From an uncultured Candidatus Saccharibacteria bacterium (GTDB lineage Bacteria > Patescibacteriota > Doudnabacteria > UBA920), in contig CAZHYL010000001.1 of the NCBI GenBank assembly GCA_964536745.1, forward strand, positions 76,961 to 140,960: a DNA stretch of 64,000 nt, in the 5' to 3' direction. A model generated the notes under the pieces. That model ran no database searches. It was not told the DNA's origin and was given only the letters and a program-made list of their open reading frames with translations. Shown here piece by piece: positions 36,986 through 46,294 of this stretch; the stretch's first letter is position 1; each line of letters starts with the position of its first letter. The position numbers and the translations under genes are program-made.

Positions 36986-39961
36986 CTAAATCTCTACCAA
37001 ACCGAGCCAAATCGCTTGACCTTCAATAGTAGTCTGCACTTCATAGTCAGCATCTACCTCTAAACTGGTCTTAATTTGATTGATAAATGTTTTCTTTCTA
37101 TCAACCAAGTTTACCAAGCTATCTATTAAACCTTGGTCGGTAGTATTGTAATATAGGTCGACAATTTGCCCAACTTTAAGGCCACTCTTTTTTCTTAAAT
37201 CTTGAATCGCGCGCTCGATATCACGGGCCACACCTTCTTGTTTCAACTCAGGTGTAAGCTGAGTATTCAAAGCAACCGACATTACCCCTTCGGATTTATC
37301 CACCCAACCACTTCGAGAAATAATCTCTGTGCTAGTAACCTTCTTTACATTTAACTCTTCTGCCAAAATTGCTTCCAAAGACTGATCCAAGCTAACATCT
37401 TCGCCAGAAAGTGAATACTGAATTTCTGCCAATGGCTGTCTAACCTTAATGTTATGCTCTTTACGCAACGATAAGCCAAGCTCTACTAATCCACGAAGCT
37501 GAACCATTTCATCTAGACTGCTCTGTCTAAAGTCACGTACCTCACTCCACTTTGCTAAATGCACGGAAGTCTCGCCAGTTAAATCTCGATAAATATGTTC
37601 AGACAAAAATGGCATAATTGGCGCCAGCATTTTGCTAATCTCCATCAATACGAAACCAAGCACTTCCAATGCAGTAGTTGCGTCACTATCGCCGGCTTTG
37701 ATTCGGTCGCGACTGCGACGAACATACCAAGTAGATAAATCTGTAACCAGTTCCTGAAGCGCGCGGCCAGTTTTAACAGTGTTAAATTTATCCATTTGTT
37801 CCGTTACAAATTTATGAGTTTCGAACAAACGAGATAAAATCCACACATCTAAACTATGATTGGAGCTTGGTACAGTACCTGTCACCGATGACTTACTGTA
37901 CATTCTGAAGAACTGCCAAGTATTCCAGAAAATTAAACTTAATTTTCTGTTAACCTCGGCTACACCGCTTTCCGAAAAACTTAAATCTTCACCACCAACA
38001 ACCGGACTGGTTAATAAATAATAACGAATAGCATCCATGCCATAGCGTCCAATTACATCATATGGATCTGGGAAATTATTCTTCGACTTAGACATCTTGC
38101 TACCATCTTCTGCCAAAATTGTACCCGTGGTAACTACATTTCGAAACGGTTCTTTGTCGAATAAAATTGTCCCTAAAACATGCATCACATAAAACCAAGC
38201 ACGGGTTTGGGGAATATATTCAGCTACAAAATGAGCTGGATAACGTTGTTTAAACAATTCTTCATTTTCAAATGGTGCATGCAGTTCTGCAAATGGCATG
38301 CTAGCAGATTCTACCCAACAATCCACAACTTCTGGAACACGATTCATTTTCCCGCCACAATTCTTACAATCCATAACCACCTTATCTATAAATGGCTTAT
38401 GTAAATCTAACTTATCTAAATTTGCAGGATCGTAGTCGGGATAAACTTCAGAAAAATTATTACTTTGCGACTTTAGCTCTTCGACAGAACCAATACAAAC
38501 CACATTATCGCAAGCCTCGCTTGTGCACTTCCAAAATGGTAGAGCAGTTGCCCAATAACGATTTCGAGAAATATTCCAGTCTGGTGCGTTTTCAATACCT
38601 TGCCCAAATCGGCCTTCCTTTAAATGCTCTGGGTACCAGTTGATATTCTGGTTAAGCTCTTTCATTCTTGGCTTAATTTTTTGAATATCAATAAACCAAG
38701 CAGGTAAAGCAGAGTAATACAAAGGAGTCCCACAGCGCCAACAATGTGGATAGCTGTGAGTAAAACTTAATACTTTATAAACCAAGCCCTTGGCTTGTAA
38801 CTCATTTAATACGATTCGATCTGCATCTTTGAAGAATACCCCGCGCAAATTCTCTGGTGCAGCATCCATAAACTCACCTTTTGCATCAAGCATTTGCATT
38901 CGTGGCAAGTTGCGTTGCTTTGCAGCCTGATAATCTACTTCTCCATACATCGCTGCATTATGAACAATACCTGTGCCATCGGTCGTAGTAACGTAATCTT
39001 CAATATAAATTTTGAAGGCTGTATTATTTGGATTAGCGATTACACCATTGTATAAAGGTTCGTAGCTAATACCTTCAAGAGATCTTGCCGAAACTTCCAA
39101 CTTAACTTCATACTCACCATCTAATACCTCCAGCCTATCCTTCGCCAAAACAAAGAAATTGCCCTGCTGTTCTACTATTACATATGTAATTTCTGGACCT
39201 ATATTTAAAGCAGTGTTACCAGGTAAAGTCCAAGGGGTTGTGGTCCAGGCAAGAGCATAAGTTTTATCATTGGTCATGAAATCAACAATACGCTGACCAC
39301 TGGTTAATTTAAACTTCGCAAACACTGAATCTTCAGTTACATCTTTATAGCTGTTATCCATTGCCACTTCAAAATTCGACAATGGGGTCTCACAACGGCT
39401 GCAATACATTAATACCTTGCTATCTTGGTAAATTAAACCTTTATCCCAAACTTGTTTTAACCCCCACCACACACTTTCCATGAAAGAGGTATCCATGGTT
39501 TTATAAGAATGTTCAAAATCCACCCATCGCGCCATGCGATTTACCATTTTGCCCCAATCGGCAACATAGGTTAAAACATTTTCTCTGCATGCTGCATTAA
39601 ACTTATCTACCCCGATTTCTTCAATCTGTTTTTTTCCAGAGATACCTAACTTACCTTCAACAATATTCTCGATCGGCAGCCCATGGCAATCCCAGCCCCA
39701 AACACGGCGAACATAATTCCCCTTCATCGTTTGGTATCTGCCAACAGCGTCTTTTACCGTAGAACCTAAAATATGACCATAGTGTGGTGTTCCAGTTGCA
39801 AAAGGAGGACCATCATAAAAAATGAACGGTGAGCCGTCTTTGGTATGCTCGAGAGATTTTTCAAACATTTTCTGCTCGTTCCAGTAAGCTAGAGTTTCTA
39901 ACTCGGTTTGATTAAAATCTGGTGCATTACTCTTTGGTTTTTCAGTATTTTCTTCTGTCAT
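36986..39961 (-). CDS. ileS: Isoleucyl-tRNA synthetase, type 2 (eukaryote-like)
   Basis: FYDGPPFATGTPHYGHIL HIGH region characteristic of type-2 IleRS, KMSKS motif (GSKMSKSKNN), 991 aa. Confidence 0.92.
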   Translation of the reverse strand: MTEENTEKPKSNAPDFNQTELETLAYWNEQKMFEKSLEHTKDGSPFIFYDGPPFATGTPHYGHILGSTVKDAVGRYQTMKGNYVRRVWGWDCHGLPIENIVEGKLGISGKKQIEEIGVDKFNAACRENVLTYVADWGKMVNRMARWVDFEHSYKTMDTSFMESVWWGLKQVWDKGLIYQDSKVLMYCSRCETPLSNFEVAMDNSYKDVTEDSVFAKFKLTSGQRIVDFMTNDKTYALAWTTTPWTLPGNTALNIGPEITYVIVEQQGNFFVLAKDRLEVLDGEYEVKLEVSARSLEGISYEPLYNGVIANPNNTAFKIYIEDYVTTTDGTGIVHNAAMYGEVDYQAAKQRNLPRMQMLDAKGEFMDAAPENLRGVFFKDADRIVLNELQAKGLVYKVLSFTHSYPHCWRCGTPLYYSALPAWFIDIQKIKPRMKELNQNINWYPEHLKEGRFGQGIENAPDWNISRNRYWATALPFWKCTSEACDNVVCIGSVEELKSQSNNFSEVYPDYDPANLDKLDLHKPFIDKVVMDCKNCGGKMNRVPEVVDCWVESASMPFAELHAPFENEELFKQRYPAHFVAEYIPQTRAWFYVMHVLGTILFDKEPFRNVVTTGTILAEDGSKMSKSKNNFPDPYDVIGRYGMDAIRYYLLTSPVVGGEDLSFSESGVAEVNRKLSLIFWNTWQFFRMYSKSSVTGTVPSSNHSLDVWILSRLFETHKFVTEQMDKFNTVKTGRALQELVTDLSTWYVRRSRDRIKAGDSDATTALEVLGFVLMEISKMLAPIMPFLSEHIYRDLTGETSVHLAKWSEVRDFRQSSLDEMVQLRGLVELGLSLRKEHNIKVRQPLAEIQYSLSGEDVSLDQSLEAILAEELNVKKVTSTEIISRSGWVDKSEGVMSVALNTQLTPELKQEGVARDIERAIQDLRKKSGLKVGQIVDLYYNTTDQGLIDSLVNLVDRKKTFINQIKTSLEVDADYEVQTTIEGQAIWLGLVEI

Positions 39962-39976
39962 AGATAGTTAATATTA

Positions 39977-41713
39977 CTACATTTGCTCTGGAGCTTCAAT
40001 TCCGAGTAACCCCAAACCGTTCTTCAAAACTTGAGCTGTTCCTAAGATTAAACCAGCACGAAATTGTTGTTTTACAGAATCGGTTTCTTTTAAAATCGGA
40101 ACAACTTCATAAAATGAATTGAACACCTGCGAAAGTTCGAATAAATAATTACAAATTAGGTTTGGAGAATAATTTTCGGAAGCAGTGCCAATAATTTCTG
40201 GAAATTGATTTAATTTTCGCAAAACCATAGTCTCTTGATCGTTTAATGTAACCCGCTCTGGAATGGAATTAGGTATTGCTAAATTTGCTTTTCTAAACAC
40301 ACCATTAATTCTTGCGTAAGTGTATTGCATATATGGGCCTGTATTTCCTTCAAAAGATAAGGCCTTATCCCAAGTGAATACAATATCACTTTTATAGTTA
40401 TGAGAAAGATCGAAGTACTTTATCGCGGCTTGCATCACTTGTTTACTAACCACTGGCTTATTAGATAAATCCGGATTCTTCTCTTCAATAATTTGCAGAG
40501 CCTGGGTCTGGGCCTTTTGAATTAATTCGTTAGCTCCAATAATTGTTCCTTTGCGAGTACTCATAGCTCCTTCTGGCAAACTTAAGAATCCATAAGCAAT
40601 ATGTATGGCCTCATTTGGCATCTCTATATATCCAAGTAATTCTAAAATTTTGAAAGTCTGGTTTAAAGTATGACTCTGGCGGTTATCTACAACATATATT
40701 TGTTTAGCGAAGCCTTGTTGTTTTCTATATATATAGGTGGCAAGATCACGAAGTAAGTAGGTAGTACCACCATCACTTTTTACGACAATAGCTACACCTA
40801 AACCATAATCTTCTAAATTTACAATTTGTGCACCTTGAGATTCAACTAACAACTTCTTTTGCTTAAGTTCGTCTAGTACCGAAGGCATTTTGTCCGCAAA
40901 AAAACTTTCTGGCCAATCATTATCAGATTTTCTAACTCCAAGGTCATCGTAAATTACACTATACTCTTGCCAGCTCCAGTCTCGGAACTGTTGCCAAATC
41001 TTTTTTACTTCCTCATCGCCTTGTTCTAACTTTACAAACTCTTGTTTGCCCTCTTCTCTCAACTCTGGATTAGATTCAATTTCTGTGTTAATCCGAACAT
41101 ATAATTTATTTAATTCGGTGATTGGATCTTTTTCAATTACTGCTAAATCTCCCCATTTTTTATAAGCCAATAAAAGTAAACCAAACTGCGTTCCCCAATC
41201 TCCAAGATGAGTATCGCTCTCAACATTAAATCCTGTTGCATTTAAAATTTTAAAAAGACTATCACCAATAATTGCTGTTCGTAGGTGGCCTAAATGAAGA
41301 GGCTTAGCCATATTAGGTTGAAAATACTCTACTAATACTTTTGTACCATTACCTAAATCAGTTTTTCCAAAATCACTCTTCTCTTCTAAAATGTTTTCTA
41401 AATTTTTCAAAAGATAATCTTCAGATAACCAAATATTTATAAATCCTCCAACAGACTCTACTTTTGAAAAAGAGTTTTTTCTGTCTAACTCTGCGAGCTT
41501 AGTAGCCAAAAGTGTAGCTAGCTCTTGAGGATTCTTACTAGGAGCTTCATTAAATTTCTTGAACAAAACCATGGCAGCGTTGGTAGCGTAATCACCTAAA
41601 CCTGCCTTGGGATACGACACGTCAAAAATACCACTACCTAATACGGTACTGGCTTCATCAGGAGAAATTGCGGTAACCGCCTCTCTAATTAGCTCTGAAA
41701 TATAAGCTTTCAT
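39977..41713 (-). CDS. argS: Arginyl-tRNA synthetase
   Basis: HIGH region MAKPLHLGHLRTAIIGD, the class I anticodon-binding DALR region, 578 aa. Confidence 0.92.
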   Translation of the reverse strand: MKAYISELIREAVTAISPDEASTVLGSGIFDVSYPKAGLGDYATNAAMVLFKKFNEAPSKNPQELATLLATKLAELDRKNSFSKVESVGGFINIWLSEDYLLKNLENILEEKSDFGKTDLGNGTKVLVEYFQPNMAKPLHLGHLRTAIIGDSLFKILNATGFNVESDTHLGDWGTQFGLLLLAYKKWGDLAVIEKDPITELNKLYVRINTEIESNPELREEGKQEFVKLEQGDEEVKKIWQQFRDWSWQEYSVIYDDLGVRKSDNDWPESFFADKMPSVLDELKQKKLLVESQGAQIVNLEDYGLGVAIVVKSDGGTTYLLRDLATYIYRKQQGFAKQIYVVDNRQSHTLNQTFKILELLGYIEMPNEAIHIAYGFLSLPEGAMSTRKGTIIGANELIQKAQTQALQIIEEKNPDLSNKPVVSKQVMQAAIKYFDLSHNYKSDIVFTWDKALSFEGNTGPYMQYTYARINGVFRKANLAIPNSIPERVTLNDQETMVLRKLNQFPEIIGTASENYSPNLICNYLFELSQVFNSFYEVVPILKETDSVKQQFRAGLILGTAQVLKNGLGLLGIEAPEQM

Positions 41714-41814
41714 ATTGTTTATTATACTTTATTATTGCCGATTTTAGAAGATAGTATTGACAAAACTACTAAAAAGTTGTATTCTAAGTGGTATTTCTGA
41801 AGGAGGACAAGATA

Positions 41815-42054
41815 ATGAGCAAACGACCAAATTTCAAAATTGGCGACAAAGTTACCTGGCGCGAATCTGATGGTAGTTGGATGAAAAGTTTACGGGAAAA
41901 ACATGGGGATGGGCCATTCACTGTTTACGACGCAAGCTGGCAAGCATACGGAACGCCTAATGTGAAAATCATGACAGAGGAAAACAGACCCATCTTGGTT
42001 CACGGCGATAACCCATGGATAAATTCCGCCTGCTTTCAATTGTTACAAGATTAG
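41815..42054 (+). CDS. Hypothetical small protein (79 aa from the ATG at 41815)
   Basis: AGGAGG SD 8 nt upstream of the ATG at 41815; the ORF track's longer start has no SD. Confidence 0.45.
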   Translation: MSKRPNFKIGDKVTWRESDGSWMKSLREKHGDGPFTVYDASWQAYGTPNVKIMTEENRPILVHGDNPWINSACFQLLQD

Positions 42055-42064
42055 TGGAGGCGAA

Positions 42065-42355
42065 ATGCTAAATTCAATTGCAAACATGGTAGGATTTAGA
42101 AACGCAAATCACCTTGCTTATTTTCTAATTTCATTTAACTGTATTGTCTTCACGACAATTTTGGTTTTTAAGAATAAGGATCTCAGCAGATGGCCAATTC
42201 TTATATTTCTTGCGGTACTACATTTCCTCACAACATTCTTAGCCATTGATGTAGTATTTATAAAAAAATGGAAAAGTAATGTTTATTCAAAAGATTGCAT
42301 CTGGTATAACGCCCTTTTAGGAATTGGCTATCTGTCAATTTACTTCGTTTCGTAA
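42065..42355 (+). CDS. Hypothetical membrane protein (96 aa, three predicted TM helices)
   Basis: Hydrophobic ORF immediately after the previous gene. Confidence 0.4.
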   Translation: MLNSIANMVGFRNANHLAYFLISFNCIVFTTILVFKNKDLSRWPILIFLAVLHFLTTFLAIDVVFIKKWKSNVYSKDCIWYNALLGIGYLSIYFVS

Positions 42356-42410
42356 GCAGCTCCGGCTGCTTTTTTATTTATGACAATTATTTTTATAAAA
42401 TAAAAAGGCG

Positions 42411-42740
42411 TCATTTGACGCCTGTGTTGCTATTCGAATTAACTCTTGAATTTACCGTTGACTTATTACTGACTTCAGTATTAGTCGGACTGGTAACTTT
42501 CTGAGATAATTTTTCACATGGGACATAAGTCACAGAGACGAACTGTCTCACTGAGCCTTCGGAAGAAATCTGACTTGCTCCAAAAAATGCATAGCATACC
42601 CCAGGGTTATTTGGATCTTCCTTGTAAGTAACCTGCTTTACGAACTCTTCTGCTGATCCATGAGAAACCTTACTCGGCTCCACAGAGCAAGCAGAAAGAA
42701 TCATTAAAAGAGATGTTAATAAAATTAATTTCGTTTTCAT
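42411..42740 (-). CDS. Putative lipoprotein (109 aa)
   Basis: Signal peptide with a lipobox-like LSAC; Cys-containing mature part. Confidence 0.5.
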   Translation of the reverse strand: MKTKLILLTSLLMILSACSVEPSKVSHGSAEEFVKQVTYKEDPNNPGVCYAFFGASQISSEGSVRQFVSVTYVPCEKLSQKVTSPTNTEVSNKSTVNSRVNSNSNTGVK

Positions 42741-42827
42741 CTAGCCTCCTACGATTGTATGTCTTCGGAAAGACTGGTTATAATACTCTGATTTTATGCT
42801 TCTGTCAATCCTTGCTAAAATATACTT

Positions 42828-43265
42828 ATGAAATCCTTAGCATCCAACAAAAGAGCTAAATTCGACTTCGACATCACAGACACCTATGATGCTGGTTTAG
42901 TTTTGACTGGAGCAGAAGTGAAGGCACTAAAATCTGGCAATGCTTCCCTCACAGGTAGCTATGTAAAAATCTCACCTACTGGTGCGTCATTAATTAATGC
43001 TCATATTGGTGCATATAAATACGCAGTACAGGATGGCTATGAACCAACCAAATCAAGAAAACTTTTGCTGAATAAAAAAGAAATAAATGCTCTTATTGGA
43101 AAAGACAAAGGCGCTACAATTATCCCTTTAGAAATCTATGTGGGGCAAAGAAATTTGGTTAAATTAAAAATTGGTGTTGGGCGAGGTCGTAAAAAAGAAG
43201 ACAAACGCGAATATATCAAAAAGCGCGACACAAAGCGTGAAGTTAGCAAGTCTATAGATAAATAA
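42828..43265 (+). CDS. smpB: SsrA-binding protein SmpB
   Basis: NKRAKFDFDITDTYDAGLVLTGAEVKALKSG... and a basic C-terminal tail. Confidence 0.9.
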   Translation: MKSLASNKRAKFDFDITDTYDAGLVLTGAEVKALKSGNASLTGSYVKISPTGASLINAHIGAYKYAVQDGYEPTKSRKLLLNKKEINALIGKDKGATIIPLEIYVGQRNLVKLKIGVGRGRKKEDKREYIKKRDTKREVSKSIDK

Positions 43266-43293
43266 AAGTTGTTCGAACAGAACAACTTTTTTA
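43264..43293 (+). terminator. Rho-independent terminator after smpB
   Basis: 8-bp stem agttgttc/gaacaact with a 5-nt loop, followed by TTTTTT. Confidence 0.55.
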
Positions 43294-43339
43294 TATCTTC
43301 TTTTGATTAACTTTATAGACAATAGTCTATAATGAAAAC

Positions 43340-43906
43340 ATGAAGATCAATAAAGACCTTGTATACTTAACCATAATAATTGGACTAATCGCTTCCTGCG
43401 CACAGATTTACTATACATTTCAATTTAAACCTTCATGGCAAGCAAAACAAGCTAGTCAAATAACAGTTGTCTATAATAAAGAAGTCTCTGCAAATGAGCT
43501 GGTAATAGATGAGATTAGACAAGCTAACCAATTCGTAAACTTTGCTATCTACACCTTCACTCGCACGGACATCAAAGATGCTCTCATTGCAGCAAAATAT
43601 CGAGGGTTGCAAGTTAAAGGTGTAGTAGATAAAGAACAAACAGATAAGATTGAAGAACAAAAATCCATAATTACCGAGATGACCAATGCTGGAATTCCAA
43701 TTGTATTCGATGATCATAGTGGAATTATGCACCTTAAAGTTTTAGTGACTGATAAATCGTATGTTTCAGGCTCTTATAACTGGACTGCCAGTGCTACAAC
43801 CTCAAACGATGAAGTCTTGGAAATAGGCCATGAGGAATCTGTTAGGTTAATGTATAAAAGACTAACAGACAAACTTTTTAACAAGTACTCTGCAAGCAGT
43901 TTGTGA
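43340..43906 (+). CDS. Phospholipase D-like (HKD motif) nuclease, membrane-anchored or secreted
   Basis: HKD signature HLKVLVTDKSYVSGSYNWT; N-terminal signal/TM; 188 aa (Nuc/BfiI-like size). Confidence 0.75.
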   Translation: MKINKDLVYLTIIIGLIASCAQIYYTFQFKPSWQAKQASQITVVYNKEVSANELVIDEIRQANQFVNFAIYTFTRTDIKDALIAAKYRGLQVKGVVDKEQTDKIEEQKSIITEMTNAGIPIVFDDHSGIMHLKVLVTDKSYVSGSYNWTASATTSNDEVLEIGHEESVRLMYKRLTDKLFNKYSASSL

Positions 43907-43918
43907 TATAATTACTGA

Positions 43919-44185
43919 ATGGAATACATAACTTTAACCGATTTATTTTTCTGGGTAACTGGAATTGCGGTGATAATTATCACTACGCTTTTAGTTATCG
44001 CTTTACTGTATTTAATATTCTTCTTAAGAACGATTAAGAAAGTTTTAGATACAGCTAAAAAAACCGCGGATTTTATTTCGGACGATGTTAATACACTTCG
44101 TAAAAATATTAAAAAAGATGGTTTCAGTCTAAAGGCTCTAATTAAGTTCGCCTTGGGCTTAAACAATAAAGGAAAGAATAAATAA
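43919..44185 (+). CDS. Hypothetical small membrane protein (88 aa)
   Basis: Plus-strand ORF in the same orientation and tight spacing as its neighbours; chosen over the overlapping minus-strand ORF 43912-44226. Confidence 0.35.
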   Translation: MEYITLTDLFFWVTGIAVIIITTLLVIALLYLIFFLRTIKKVLDTAKKTADFISDDVNTLRKNIKKDGFSLKALIKFALGLNNKGKNK

Positions 44186-44186
44186 T

Positions 44187-44633
44187 ATGGCAAAAGCACA
44201 ATCAAATAAGGGAAAAGCAATCGCAATTGGCGCAGGACTAGCAGCTGTTGCAGCAGCAGCGGCTGGGGTCTACTTCTTCACTGGAAAGAATGCCAAAAAT
44301 AGGAAGAAAGTCGCAAAATGGGCAACACAGATGCAAGAAGACGTAGTAAAAGAACTTAGTAAAGCTGGCAAGCACACCAAAGCTAGTTATGCGAAAGTGG
44401 TAGATCAGGTCTCCAAGAACTACAAAGGTCTAAAAAATGTGAGCGCAACAGAACTATCGAGTTTAGCTAAAGAATTAAAAGGTCACTGGAATGCAATTAA
44501 TTCTGAAGTAAGTAAAGCAACTAAAACCGTGCGAAAAGTTGTACCTAAGGCTGTTAAATCAGTTTCAAGAAAAGTAAAAGTTACCACAGCAAAAAAAGTA
44601 GTAAAGAAAGTGGCAAAGAAATCTCGTCGTTAA
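44187..44633 (+). CDS. Lys/Ala-rich basic protein with an N-terminal hydrophobic segment
   Basis: SD aaaggaaag upstream; 148 aa, about 25% K; a TM-like GAGLAAVAAAAAGVYFF segment. Confidence 0.5.
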   Translation: MAKAQSNKGKAIAIGAGLAAVAAAAAGVYFFTGKNAKNRKKVAKWATQMQEDVVKELSKAGKHTKASYAKVVDQVSKNYKGLKNVSATELSSLAKELKGHWNAINSEVSKATKTVRKVVPKAVKSVSRKVKVTTAKKVVKKVAKKSRR

Positions 44634-44635
44634 TT

Positions 44636-44667
44636 CAAATCCCCTGCAGGTTGCAGGGGATTTTTTT
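44636..44667. terminator. Bidirectional rho-independent terminator
   Basis: cccctgca-ggtt-tgcagggg followed by TTTTTTT; convergent genes on both sides. Confidence 0.65.
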
Positions 44668-45208
44668 ACATAAAGATTTTTTGCAAACTTGGGAATGTTT
44701 TTATAACCCAAGGAATAGCCCATCTGTCTAAACCAAACCAACCAGCTGTTCTCCACGCGACAATTAAGAAAGCTTGCAAAACAAACATTAATGGATTAAG
44801 CCCTGCAGAACCAGCAAGCATGTAAGCAAGGTTCATTGCGCCGCCCCAAAATGCAGCCTTCCCAACCGCGACTCCCAAAATTAATGCGACTCCAACAGCG
44901 ATCTCACCATAGGTAACCAAGTAAGAAAACAATTCAGCGTTCGGCAAAGCAACATTTTGGATAAAACTTCCATACCAACCAAGCACTGCAGGATGATCTC
45001 CTGTTGTTAAGGTGAGTGCATGTTGAAGAAAACCGGACACAGCTGTGCCAGCTTTTTCACCTGTCCATGCGGCGTCGCCAAACTTAACCCAACCCGCCTC
45101 TAGCCATAACCAACCAACGTATAGTCTAATTATTAGCCATAGCCAAGAAAGCTGTGTGCTCTCGCTTATAAAAGCAAAAGCCCGATACTGTGGGAATTGC
45201 GTTTTCAT
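44666..45208 (-). CDS. DoxX family membrane protein
   Basis: Four-TM DoxX-like pattern (LWLIIRLYVGWLWLEAGWVKF...). Confidence 0.7.
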   Translation of the reverse strand: MKTQFPQYRAFAFISESTQLSWLWLIIRLYVGWLWLEAGWVKFGDAAWTGEKAGTAVSGFLQHALTLTTGDHPAVLGWYGSFIQNVALPNAELFSYLVTYGEIAVGVALILGVAVGKAAFWGGAMNLAYMLAGSAGLNPLMFVLQAFLIVAWRTAGWFGLDRWAIPWVIKTFPSLQKIFM

Positions 45209-45261
45209 AAAATTAAGATTAATTTACTACCACTTTAATTATATTCCTTTTGTTTGGTAAA

Positions 45262-45298
45262 TAAAAGAAACCATTCTTGTGGAAGTAAGAATGGTTTT
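45262..45298 (-). terminator. Rho-independent terminator (minus strand) after the 131-aa gene
   Basis: 11-bp stem aaaccattctt/aagaatggttt with an 8-nt loop and a U-run on the minus strand. Confidence 0.5.
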
Positions 45299-45324
45299 AA
45301 GTAAAACGGATGCCGAAACATAGA

Positions 45325-45720
45325 TCAATTCATTTTCGGATTTCCTCTGTTAGACATCCGACCCACGATAGCCGAGGCCATCCGACCGGTATCGCCAATG
45401 ATGTCACAGATCTTCGGATCGCTTTCGATTAACGAACGCAGCTGATCTTCATCTTTCAAAATGTAAAATTTATGAAGCAGTGAGCCGTAGCCAGAACTAT
45501 GGTACACCATTCCATCCTCAAACTTTTTGAAAGTAGATCGTAAAAATCCGTAGACCTTACCGTTGGGATGAATTGGATCTTCATCGATCCAGATGTCATC
45601 ACCTTTTTTTAGACTTTGCAGTTCTTCAAGCGTAGCAGGTGCAAAGCACTTACCCACCTCACGATTTTGAAGTCCAGTCCACTGATTGAAATACAACGCA
45701 ACGTTCAATTGTTTAGCCAT
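45325..45720 (-). CDS. Hypothetical protein (131 aa)
   Basis: Strong SD (AAGGAGGA) 7 nt upstream of the ATG; no recognised domain. Confidence 0.5.
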   Translation of the reverse strand: MAKQLNVALYFNQWTGLQNREVGKCFAPATLEELQSLKKGDDIWIDEDPIHPNGKVYGFLRSTFKKFEDGMVYHSSGYGSLLHKFYILKDEDQLRSLIESDPKICDIIGDTGRMASAIVGRMSNRGNPKMN

Positions 45721-45766
45721 CGATTTTTCCTCCTTGATTAAGTGTTAAAATACCTTAGCAAGAAAC

Positions 45767-45795
45767 TTGACAAATGTCAATATTTACAGTACAAT
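45767..45795 (+). promoter_or_regulatory. Sigma-70 promoter of ssrA (TTGACA-17-TACAAT)
   Basis: Consensus -35, 17-nt spacer and near-consensus -10, about 28 nt upstream of the mature tmRNA 5' end. Confidence 0.55.
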
Positions 45796-45823
45796 TATGC
45801 TACCCAATTACGGGAAAAGATCT

Positions 45824-46212
45824 GGGGATGCCGGATTTTGACAGGACTTTACAATCGTTTTATATGCAAGACGAGCCAGCTTGCAAGCTCGATAATCTTA
45901 CAAGCATCAATATGTGCTAACGCATACAAAAAGGTCGTTGCTGCATTTCAAAATGCGCAACTTGCACCTGCTTTCGCTTAACATTTAAGCAAAGCCCAGC
46001 CTCTAGCTTTTCTTCGCGCTAGAACCAGCTTGGATTATTAGAAGATATAATTTTGTGATCTGATATACATTACAAAATCGAAAATTTGTATATCGCCTAG
46101 CATTCTTCGTTGTCCGTTGGTTAGGGTGCTAGTACTATAACGGACTAATCTTGTGAATAATGGAACGGTTAGTTAGTTTTGGACGCGGGTTTAACTCCCG
46201 CCATCTCCACCA
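45824..46212 (+). ncRNA. ssrA: tmRNA (SsrA), ~389 nt
   Basis: 5' GGGGAUGCCGGAUUUUGACAGGAC pairs with the 3' CAUCUCC-A-CCA, including a G3:U70 wobble (Ala identity). T-arm gcggg-TTTAACT-cccgc. Internal tag reading frame ...AAFQNAQLAPAFA-TAA. smpB lies 2.5 kb away. Confidence 0.8.
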
Positions 46213-46294
46213 CGATTGACAAATACCACTATATGTGGTATTTTTGTTTGTCTATCTAAATGAGTAGACTATTTAATTTACGGAGGATAATAAA

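Noticed and set aside
43912-44226. Minus-strand 104-aa ORF overlapping 43919-44185
   Set aside because: The plus-strand ORF matches the orientation, spacing and downstream SD context of its neighbours; the minus-strand ORF has no RBS and would collide with the plus-strand operon. Confidence in either is low.
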